Shown in pieces: positions 1 through 12,000 of a stretch of 62,635 bases of DNA (its first letter is position 1; the number at the start of each line of letters is the position of its first letter). Source of the DNA: Trichomonas gallinae (taxonomy: Eukaryota); NCBI GenBank assembly GCA_008369845.1, contig MRSU01003813.1:1-62635 (forward strand). The letters run 5' to 3'. The translations under genes were made by a program, and so were the position numbers. The notes under the pieces were generated by a model, which had not been told where the DNA came from, did not search any database, and was given only the letters and a program-made list of their open reading frames with translations.

Positions 1-3000
1 TTATTGGCCTCTTCAAGTTGAGCGACAAGAGCCTTAAGTTCGTCAAGAGTTGTATATTCTGAGTTTGCCTTGTTGATGATTTCGGCAACTTCTGGTGATG
101 CCTCGATCTTAACATCTCGTTCTTCGACCTTCTCTGTTTCATTGTATGGCTTGTTGTCGTTGTCGTTCTTGACTGGCTTGTTATTATCGTTGTTAGCTGT
201 ATTATCAGCATCATCGGAATCGCTGCCGATTGAATCACCTGATGAGAAACCAGATGACTCATCATGCTTTGATGAGACTGCAGCGATTTCATTGGCAACT
301 TTCTCTGGATTAGATACGGCAACTTCGTCTGTCGTTGGTGTTTCTTCATGAGATTCTAGAGATGTTTCTTCGTCAACAACTTCTGGTTTTTCTTTCTTCG
401 ATGATTCTTCTTGAGCAGCAAGGAGACGGAAGTAGTCCTTCTGGAGCTGTTCAAGTTGCTTCTTCGCAACTGCAAGCTCGTTATGAAGCTCTTCGTCATC
501 ATCCTTAGTTTGTGTTTCTGATTCAGAGAATTCTGCTGCAGAAATATCTGCGTTGTTCTGTTGAGCGGTGAGTTCACGAAGAACAGCTTCAAGTTTAGCA
601 TTCTTCTCTCTGAGTGTTGGCTCATCGTCGTTTTCATCTGCTGCAAGTTCGCGAGTTTGAATAAGGATTTGTGGTTCCATTGTAGAAATTAATGCGAACA
701 ATTCTGTCTGTGTTGGAACATCAGAAACTCCTTTTTCTGGCTGCTCCTGTCCATCGAGAATTGGCTTGAGTTCAGATAATAACTGTTCATTAAACTTCAT
801 TGCAGACTTAAGTTCGTCATTTTCGTGCTGAAGTTGTTCATTCAATGAAGACAAGCGTGAAATTTCTTCTTGCAACTGTTTGTTATCGGTTGCCAATTGA
901 AGGTTCTCAGCAACCTTATCAGAAAGTGGCTGAATCAAATCAGCTGGTGCTTGTTCAGACGGAACATTGTTGACATTTTCTTTGTTATCAGCTTTAGCAT
1001 CTTGTTGTTGCTTTTCTGCGAGGACAGTTTGCAACTGGTTCTGAAGATATTCATTAAGAGAACGTTCATCTTCGAGGCTGAGTGTTGTTGTCTTCTCGAG
1101 GTTCTCGTTTTCATTGCGGAGGACTTCGATTTCGCGCTGAAGTTCTTCTAGTGTCAGATGGTCTGGTATATGAGACATCGCTGGAAGATCATCATTGATA
1201 TGCTGTTCAACGTCACTGAATTCTGAGCTGTCAAATGATGAGTCGTTGGTCCTGTTTAACTCGCTGTCATTTTGAGCGGCAGATATTTGCTTAGCTTTGT
1301 ACTTGTTCTTCGACTGGTTGTGCATGAGAGCAACAAGACGGAAGTTCTCCTTCTGAAGCGCATCGAGCTGCTTCTTTGCTGCAGCAATTTCATCGTCTGA
1401 TTCATTTGGCTTGTTTTCTTCTGCGAGATCAAGAAGTCCTTGGTGCTTCAAGATGAGAGCTTGTAGTTCCATGTTCTTCTTGTGAAGTGTTTCTTGGTCA
1501 TCATTAGATGCAGCTGCAATTGATGGAGAAATGTTGATTTCAATTGGTTTCGGAGGCTCGGAAACATCTGGTTGCTGGTGTTTCAATTCTGAAACTGTTT
1601 GATTATCAGCTGGCAATGACTGTGCTGGTTGTGGAGATGTTGGTAATAAAGATTTAATGGATTCAATAGCGTCTGTCTGAACTGGGACATCCTTTGTTCT
1701 CTTCTTCATATTATTCAGTTCGTATTCAAAGTTAGCAACCTTTTCTTCCATATCAAAGTTTGTTCTCTTGAGCTCTTTGATTGAGAGATTGAGGCGTTCA
1801 ATTTCATTGGTCTTCTGGCTGTTGTAGCCAAGAAGAAGGGAGTTTTCGCTGCACTTGTCTCTGTAAAGAATTCTAAGATTCTCGATATCATTGCGTTGAT
1901 CAAGGATTGAATATGGTTGATTATCCTTTTGTTTCTCAAGAAGCTCGTTAATCTGATCTTGAAGTTCTTTGTTGTGTTCGCGTTCCATGGAAAGTTGAAG
2001 TGAGTAGTTAGACTCGAGTTTCTTGTTCTCTTCTTCTAGCTTAGCAACAAGAGCCTTAAGATCTTCAAGGCTCATCTCATCAGGGTTAGCATTGCTGAGG
2101 AGTTCTGTAATTTCTGGATTCTCATCAACATTAACATCTCTCTCTGCAACTTTGACTGGTTCATTATTTTCACCATCGTTCTTGTCTGCCTTTTCTGATT
2201 GATGTTCTGAATCACTTGATGATGAAGATGACTTCTTGTCATTTTCTTCCTCATTGGTGGATGTAACAGGTTCGATTTCATTCTCATCCTTAGAAGCTGG
2301 AACCTCATCACTTTCCTTATCTTCATTGTTAACATTGTCTTCTTCCTTGGAAGATGACACTGGAACAATTTCTTCTGTTTCAATTTCTATTTGTTCTGGC
2401 TGCTCCTTGATTTCTGTAGCTGATTCTGATGGATGTTCTGCTTTTTCAGCTGCAATCGATTCTGTTTGGACAGATTTTTCAGCAACTGATTCATCTTCTT
2501 GCTTAGAATTCTTATGTTGTTCAAGAAGGCGGAAGTAGTCCTTCTGGAGCTGTTCAAGTTGCTTCTTCGCAACTGCAAGCTCATCATCGCATGGCTCTTG
2601 TCCAGTCTTAACTTGAGCATCAGAATCTGTCTGTGCTGATGACTCTGAGTGTTTGTCAGATGATAATGGCTGTGTCTTCAATGCAAGTTCACGAAGAACT
2701 GATTCTAATTTCGCGTTCTTTGCACGAAGAGTTGCTTCATCATCAGCTTCATCTGCAACGAGATCTGTTGTGATGGCTTCTGTCTGTGCTTGTTCGTTTT
2801 GAATAAGTTCGAATAACTCTGTTTGTACTTCGATGTCGTGGACACGTCTTGGCCTGCCTTCTGGTGAATGCCTCTGAGAATATGGTCTAGCGTTTTCGGG
2901 TCTGATTGGAGAATTTTCGCCCAATGGAAGAGATGAATCTGGTGGGTTCCTTGATTCGACCAACTTCGCGATTTGTTTCTGAAGTCTGCTGTTATCGCCT

Positions 3001-6000
3001 CTTGGATCAGCTGGTTCATTCTCAGCGATGTGTTTGAGATCCTTGTTGAGCTGCTCGGCTGACTTGATTTCGTCTTCAATCTGCTCGAGAGACATGTTGT
3101 TGCACCTGTATTCTAATGTCAATGGACTGACGTAGCCAAGCTCATCATCTGAGTGGACAACATCAGAATCGTTGATGGAAACAGATTCGCCGGAATCGAA
3201 TGTTGAATTTGATGCTCTGGATGCTACTGACCACTTATCTAGTTCGGTTTCTGGCTGTGATTCATCCTGAGCTAGTTTGCCTCTCTTTGCGTCCTTGAGT
3301 TTTCTAACTTCATCCTTTGGAGATGATTCGAGCAGACGCTCGTTTTCGAGAGCCATCAAGAGAAGCTTCAACTTTGCATCTTCAACTGTTTCGTCGATGT
3401 TCTCATCGAATACCATGTCTTCGACGTACTGATGGAGAAGATTCTTGAGTTGGTCATTCTTTGATTCAACAACTTTGTCGTCATCATTTGGATTTACACC
3501 TAATGCAGATGCTTTCTGCAATGTTTGAACATCGAACTCTCTTTCTGTTTGTACTGGAACATTGCGTTTAGCAACTGATTGTTGAGACCTCATGAAGTTG
3601 AGTTCGTTGCGGAGATTCTGGAGCTCTTTCTCGTATTCTGAAATCTGGTTGTCCTTCTTAGCAATCTCTGCCTTAAGTTTGTCGTTGGCATGCTTTGGAT
3701 CATCATAACCTGAATCTAACATCCTGATTTCACTCCGAATATCTTCGTTGAGTTTCATCTTCTGTTCATCAGCATCCTTGGATTTCCTTAATGCATTGTT
3801 TGCCTCCTGGAATTCGTCTAACTTGTCGAAGAGAACACTTTTGTCTTCGTTTGGATTTGATTTGCTCTTCTTGACAATTTCCTTGCGCAACTGTTCAATG
3901 AGCTCATCATTGTAATTAGAGATATCTTTTCTTGTTGGTAAAACATGTGGGGATTGTACTGTGACCTTCTTTGTTGGCAACTTCTCAGTTGAATCGTCAT
4001 CATAATAGTAGTATGAATAAGAAGAATACTTTTCTCCATCGGAGACTGATTCGAGAGCTGGAAGCTTCTGCTCAAGCTTAGCTACTCTCTGCTTGAGTTT
4101 CTCGTTCTCCTTCTGAATCTTTGGTGTCAACAGGAACTGTTCTTGAGACTTTTCGACTGCAAGAGTCTTGAAGTCGGTGTTGGATTGTCTTAAGTTCTTG
4201 AGCTCCTGCTGGAGTTCAGCGAAGTTCATGTTATGCATCCTTTCCATCAAATCTTCGTCATCGGATGAGTTGATAGAGACTGATTCTCCTGATGATGTGT
4301 TTTGGATTCTTAAGAGACCCTTAGATGTGATGATTTCTCTCTTGATTCTTCCTCCAAGAGGAAGGTTTGGCTCATTGGAGAAGTCAGCAGATTGCTCTTG
4401 GAATTGGCTGGAGTTGATAAGATTAGATTTATCAAATTTGACACGATCTGGTTTATCAGTTGATTCATCTGGAATTGAAGCAGATGCGAATTGCATTGCT
4501 GATGGAGATTTGATTTTGCCGATTTTGAGTCTTGGTTCCTCATCTTCTGGGAATTCGGATGATTCCGAAGAAAGGAGACTCGTTGAATTCCTATGATTGT
4601 GGTGTTTCTTCTTCTTTTGCGGTGGATGGATCATTGACTTAAGATCTTGGTTCTCCTTTTGGAGCTGGATCAACTGAAGCTTGGCGAGATCATCTGGTGT
4701 CATGCTTTGAAGGTTGTCTGCTTCTGGAGCAATCAAAGAACGAAGCTGGTTGTTTTCTTTGTTGAGATTGTCGAGTGTGTTCCTTTGCCTATCAAGGACT
4801 GACTTAAGAAGCTTGACCTGGTCCTTGAGTGCAAGAACTTTCTTCTTGAGTTCATCAACATTGTCTGGTAATGGTTCTTCCTTCTCTTGCCCTCGTGATT
4901 TGCGAAGTTCGCGAAGCTGGTTCTGAAGATCTTCGTTGAGTTTCTTCTCGTCGTCGAAGCTGCGTTCAGATGCAGCCTTGAGCTCGCCATTTTCGCGTTG
5001 AAGGGCGCGAATTTCAGACTTGATGTCATCAAGTGTCAAGTTGTCGAGATTTGGAGATGTCTTTGGTGGTTCTTCCTCGTTGGAATAGTAATAATAGTAG
5101 CTGCTGAAGTAGTAGTCTTCTTGAGACGATTCATCATCAGCTGCCTTCAATGAAGAGTTTTCTTGAGATTCTGGATTTTCAGACTTCTTTTGCTTTGATT
5201 TCCTGACTTTAGTCTTCCTTGGACGGTTAAGCTTGGACCTAAGCTTATCGTTGTCGGCATGAAGCTTAGCAAGCTTAGATTTGGCTTCTTCAATGTCATT
5301 GAGTGAATCAACATCATCATCCTTATCATTGGCATTTGGCTCAGGTTGCTTCTTGACTTCCTTGAGAAGTTGCTGGAGTTTGGCATTCTTCTCGCGAAGG
5401 TCATAGTGATCATCATCTGAATCTGCCTCGAAATTAGAAAGGTCAAAGTTGCGTGAGAATATGTTGCCATAGTCTGAATCTGATTTCATTAATTCATTGA
5501 CATCAGTTTGTGCGAAGTCTTCTGCCTTAGATGGAGATAATCTCTCGATTGCAGACTTCAATTTGCTGATTTCTCTGTCTTTGTCGTTGATCTTTGCATT
5601 GAGATCTGATAACTGCTTGTGTTCAGCATCAGCAGACTGCGACTTCTGATCGAGTTGGCTGCGCAAAAGTTTGTTGAGATCCTTTGCGTTTTCGAGCTGA
5701 TGGAGGAGTTGCTCTGGTGTTTGATCCTTTGGATTTTCTGCTGCTTTCTGCTTTTCTTCGATGATCTGCTTGAGTGCATCATGCAACTCGTTGTTGCGCT
5801 TCTTTTCATCTTCGAAGCTTCTTCCTGCTGTTGCCCTAAGATCTTTATTTTCGTGTTCGAGTGTCTTGATCTCTTCCTGTAACTCTTCAAGAGACTTGTC
5901 GTCCAAATCAATCTCGCTTTCATCTGTCGAAGAGTAATAGTAATCGTTGTCTGATTCATTATGTGGTTTCGTAGCAGATGACCTTCTTGAAGATTGGGTC

Positions 6001-9000
6001 TTCGGACGGAGTTTAGACTTGAGAGCTAAATTCTCCTTGATCAAATTAGTGAGACGTGCTTTAGCATCATCGATGTCGGTGATTGGTGCCTCATCTGTTT
6101 CGTTTGTTTCATCAGAGCCAACTGCTTGCTTAAGAAGCTCTTCGAGTTGAGCATTCTTTTCGCGAATGTCTGCGTGATCATCATTGTCGTCTGCGAGCAG
6201 TTTGTTGAGATCAATGTCGCGTGTCTTAACAAGGAACTCGTCTTCTTCTTGCTTCTCTGGTAACAACAATGAAATAAGATCGTGTAAGTCTGTTTGAATT
6301 GCCTGATCAACGCTATCATGCTTTGTTGGTGATAAACCAGAAATTGTTCCCTTGAGGTCTTTAATTTCGTTCTTCATCTTCTTCATTGTGTTAACAGCAT
6401 CCTCAGCAACTGCCTTGTTCATTTGTTCCATTTCAGCACGAAGGAGCTTGTTCTGATCCTTCAACTCGTCAAGGTGTTTCTTGAGCTGTTCATTAGATTC
6501 TTGCTGTCTTGCCTCGGCTTCTTTCTGCTTCTCGTCCATAAGTTGGCGAAGCTTTTCGTGGAGCTCAGCATTCAACTTCTTCTCGTCGTCGATGGTTCTC
6601 TCAGCTGCCGCCTTGAGTTCGTTGTTCTCGCGGCGAAGCTGCTTGAGCTCTGCTTGAAGATCGTCAAGAGATTTCTCTTTAGGAATCTCCGCGCTTTCAT
6701 AATCCTCATCATCATTATCATTATAATCATTGTCGGATGCTGAGTACGAGTAGTATTCGTCATCGTCGTGTGTTGATGGTCTAGCTGGTCTTGGATGAGT
6801 CTTCTCGTAGTCGATGCTAGAGATGTGTCCTGGCAAGCTGAGCTCTTCATCACTGAACTCTGAGTAGCTGACAGTGTCAGGTAATTCTTTGATGAGCTCT
6901 TTAGATCTGTTTTGACTGTTGAGTTGTTCTTCTGTGAAGATGAATGGAATCTTGTTTGGTCTCTTTGCAAGACGATATCCTTCGTGTGGATGCTGATGTT
7001 TTGGACGACGGAGCTTAGCTTTGAGCTGAGCGTTCTCGTGACGAAGCTTCTTGATGAGTTCTTTAGCATCTTCAAAAGAAGTAGTAGGTGGTTCACCATC
7101 ATCCTCTGATTCTTCGTTGAGTCCTTCCTTGAGTAACTCTTGAAGTTGTGCATTCTTCTGGCGAATATCATAGCTGTTGTCATCGTCTGCAGCCTTGTAA
7201 TCAGAGAGATTCAGCTGCTGTGCCTTCTCCAAGAAGTCGTCATCAGATTGAAGAAGTTCATGGAAATCAACCTGGATTAAAGCATCTGAAAGCGAATCCT
7301 TCTGAACAATATCGCGAAGGTTTGAAATACCTTTCTCTTGGGCATCCAATGCCTCCCCTTGCTTCTCGAGATCTGACTTCAAGAGCCTGTTTTGCTCCTT
7401 GAGAGATGAAACCTTGTTCTTGAGACCGTCAATCAATGTTTGCAATGCTTGGTCTTCTTCTTCCTGTTTAGCAGCCATTATCTCGCGAAGCTTATTCTGA
7501 AGATTCTCATTGAGTTTCTTTTCATCATGGAGGCTACGTTCTGATGTTGACTTAAGATCAGAATTCTCAATGCGAAGTGAATCGATCTTGTCCTTAATGT
7601 CTTCGAGTGTCATTTCATCAACATTAACTGGTTTCTCATCATCATTAATTTGTTCTGGTGAGTCTGGACGGCGAACCTTTGACTTGAGTTGTTTGTTCTC
7701 TGCAAGAAGGTTTTCGAGAATGTCCTTAGCTTCGTCAACATCAGTAATGGACTCAGCATCTTGATTCTTGTAATCTAAAGCATAAGTTGGTAGAGATTCT
7801 CTGATGAGCTTCAAAAGCTGAGCGTTCTTATCACGGACATCATTTTGATCATCGTTCTCTGAAGCAGCAAACTCAGACATATTGAGCTGTGGAATTATTT
7901 CTAATGAATCTGATTCAAGGAAGTCGTAGATGTTTGCTTGAGCCATATGATCGGCCTTTGTTGAATCCTGGGATTGAAGCATTTCCTTGAGCTTCTTGAT
8001 TTCATTCTCTAACTCGTTGTTGTTATCGTCTTTCTCCTTGATTGCGTTGCTCTGCTTCTTGAGATCTGACTTGAGAATCTTGATTTGATCCTTAAGGGCC
8101 TTAACCTTTTCCTTGAGTCCTTCAATTTTTGCTGGTTCTGACTCTTCTTGTTGTGATTGTGAATCAAGAAGTTTGCTGAGCTCGTTATGAAGGTCTTCGT
8201 TCAATTTCTTTTCATCTTCGAAGCTCCTCTCTGATGTAGCCTTCATGTCTTCATTCTGTTCGCGAAGAGCAGCAATCTCTGCCTGGATTTCTTCAAGTGT
8301 CATGTCCTCAACATTTGGAGCGGATTCTTCACTTGAAGATGACTCATTAGAATAGCTTGGACGACGAAGCTTGGACTTGAGTTCATTGTTCTCGCTACGA
8401 AGGTTAGCGAGAACAGACTTGGCCTCATAGATGTTTGTGAATGGTTCTGGTTTGGTTTGTGAAGCATTAGATTTCTTGGACTTGAGGAGCTGCTGGAGTT
8501 TAGCGTTCTTCTCGCGAAGATCGTGGTGGTCATCATCTTCTGATGCCTTGAAACTAGAAAGATCAATGTCGCGAGCAACAAATATTCCATCATCTTCCGA
8601 CTCAGATGTACCTGATGTCAAGAAGTCGTGGAAGTCGGCCTGAGCAGACTTTTCAGACTTGTTATCTTCAATAAGAACAGAATGTGAGAGTTGATTCTTG
8701 AGGTTGTTGATCTCTTCATCCTTTGCCTGAAGACCGACAGCTTGTTTGTCGAGATCGGATTTGAGTAATGCGATTTGATCCTTATATGGAAGAACATCTT
8801 CGTTGATTACTTCTGGTTCATCGAAATCTTGCTGCTGAGGCTGGGATTCAAGGATCTTGCTGAGCTTACTGTGAAGCTTTTCGTTGAGCTTCTTCTCATC
8901 ATCAATGCTGCGCTCAGAAACTGCCTTAAGTTCACCGTTTTCGTGTTGAAGGGCGCGAATCTTTGACTTAAGGTCGTCGAGTGTCAAATTAGTATCAATT

Positions 9001-12000
9001 TGGACTGGATAATAGCTTTCGTCCTCATCTACCTCTGAGTAATAGTAGTAGTCTTCTTCGTAATAGTTGTATGATTGGTCTTCTTTACGCTGGCCGCCAC
9101 GAAGTGATCCCATGACATCTGTGGCACCATTCAATGAGTTTCCGGCTGATCTTGATCTCGACTTCAATGATTGCAAAGATCTGCTCGAGTGGAAGCTGCG
9201 AGTATGTGTTGGGCGACGAACAGATGACTTGAGTTTGCTGTTCTCAGCAAGAAGATTGGCAAGCATTGATCTTGCTTCATCGATGTCGTTGACGTCGTCG
9301 ATTTCCTCTTCGTAGTCTGAGTCTGATGATGCAACTACATTGTTGTCCTTGATGAGCTTCTGAAGTTGTGCATTCTTTTCGCGTAAGTCATAATGATCGT
9401 CGTTTTCAGCAGCCTTGAGTTCCGCTAAGTCATCTAATGTTACTGATCTTGGGCTTGCTAATGCAGATCTTCTTGAGCCCATGATTTCGTGGAAGTCGAC
9501 TTGAGCTGTTTTCTCGTGCTTGTCTGCTGCTTGTGCACCCAACATGCTCTTGAGTTTATTGTTTTCTGCCTCGAGTTTGTTGATAACGTTTCTCTGCTTC
9601 TCGAGATCAAACTTGAGTAGTTTAGCTTGTTCTTTGAGATCATCTGCATTGATTGATGGTGTTGATTCGAATGCGACAAGTGGAGACTGGTATTTAGAAA
9701 CCAAAACCTTGCGAAGCTGGTTCTGAAGGTTATCGTTTCGTTTCTTTTCGTCGTCAAGTGATCTTTTTGCAGCGTTCTTGAGTTCCTCGTTTTCTAAACG
9801 CATCAAGCGGATTTCGTTTTGAAGTTCGTTGAGTGTCATGTTATCTACATCCTTTTCATCGTCGCTTGAATAGTCACCGAATGATGAATCGAATGAGCCG
9901 GCATCTGACGTCATGTAGGTGTTTGTTTCGAAGTCGATTGACTGATCAGATGGTGAATACTTGATATTCTTCGGCTTCTTTGGATGAGCAATTCTGCTGA
10001 GACGCTTAAGCTTGCGAGTTCGTTGCTTTGGACCACGAAGCATGGACTTGAGCTCGTTATTAGTATTAAGAAGGTTAGAGTAAATTGTCTTGGCTTCAAT
10101 CATGTCGTCGACATCTTCTTCATCCGGTTGTTCTGAATCTGAGTCTGATGAAGAGTTTCTGCTGATGTCCTTGAGTAATGCTTGAAGCTGAACATTCTTC
10201 TCGAGGACGCCATAATGATCGTCGTCGTTTGTTGCAGCAAGGTCATTCAAGTTGATGTGTGAAGGCACAAAGATATGAGTTGTATCGGACTCCGATGCAT
10301 CAGACTCGAAGCTAATGAAGTCGTGGATATCAGCTTGGGTGTATTTATCGTGGTTGATTGAACCGCCCATGTTCTTGACTGACTTAAGTTTGCTAAGTTC
10401 TTCAATCTCGTCGTCCTTTTCCTTGATGGCAGCACTTTGCTTGTCAAGGTCGGCTTTGAGGAGTCTGACTTGATCCTTGAGAGCAAGAACTTTGTTCTTG
10501 AGATCATTGACATTTGCTGGTTCTGATTTCTCTTGATGTTGCTGTTGTTGTGGTTGTGAAGCGAGGAGTTCACGAAGTTGATTCTGAAGTTTCTCGTTGA
10601 GTTTCTTTTCGTCTTCAATGCTGCGTTCAGATGTTTCCTTGAGTTTTTCGTTTTCGCGATGAAGGGCGCGAATTTCAGCATTGATCTCGTCAATTGTCAT
10701 GTCATCAACATTTTCTTCCTCTTCTTGCTCATCAAGTGAGTTAAGATCATCACTTGGACGCTTTAATTTCGACTTCAGTTCCTTGTTTTCATTGCGGAGG
10801 TTTTCAAGAGCAGCTTTAGCTTCATCGATGTCAGCGATTGGCTCAAATGGAGTTTCTTCCTCATCATCTATAAGATCTGAGTCTGATGATTCGGATGATG
10901 AAGGTGATTTCTTGGCCTTGGCCTGTTCGAGAAGCTTCTGGAGCTGAGCATTCTTCTCTCTGAGTGCATAGTTGTCGTCATCATCTGACAACTTGAAGTC
11001 AGAAAGATCAAGATCATTTTGATTGAAGAAATCAACATCATCTTCTGTTTCATCTGACATGAAGTCTGATGGCAAGAAGTCGTGGAAATCTGCTTGTGTT
11101 GATGCTTCAGTCTTTGAAGTAGATTGCTTTTGAACATTAGATTTAAGATTTCTGATTTCTTTGTCCTTCTTGCTGAGTTCCCTGTCTTTGTTGTTGTTTG
11201 CTGTAGTTAGTTTGTCGAGGTCAGATTTCATGAAATTAATCTGATCTTTGAGTCCACCGATGTAGTTCTTGATTTCATCGATGTCGATTGTTTGTCCTTC
11301 ATAGTAGTCATCGTAATCCTGGTTTTCAAGAAGGTTACGAAGCTCGGTGTGCAACTGTTGATTGATCTTCTTTTCTTCGTCGATGCTTCTCTGTGATGAG
11401 GCCTTGAGATCTTCGTTCTCCTTTCTGAGATTGCGGATCTCTGCCTGCAGATCCTTCAATGTCATGTTATCTGTGTCAATGACAGCATCGTCTGAGTAAT
11501 AGTCTGAATCATTCTTTTCTTCAGCATGTAAATCATGCGGTTTCTCAGTTACTTCTTCTGATTCAGCTGAATTCTCGAAGTTGTAGATCTTTACTGTGTT
11601 CGAGCGGCTGCGTGAAACCTTTGGACGGCGAAGATTCGACTTGAGCTCAGAGTTTTCTGCGAGAAGAGAAACAAGCTTGGATTTAGCTTCAACGAGATTT
11701 GTGATTTCGTCTTCATCCTTGTTTTCTTCGTCTTCTGAGTTCGACGATGATTTGTTTTGGTTGATGAGTTCCTTAAGCTGTGCATTCTTTTCGTGTATAT
11801 CAAGGTGGTCATCGTTTTCGTTTGCTTGTAGTTCTGATAAGTCGATTTCTCTGCCAATGTTTGCGAAGATGTCTTCAGATTGATGATCACTCTTCACGAA
11901 GTCGTGGAAATTGGCTTGAGTGAACTGATCAAGTTTGGAATTATTAAGTGAGCGCACCATGTTTCTAACTTTAGATTCAAGAGATGTAATCTTGTTTTCT

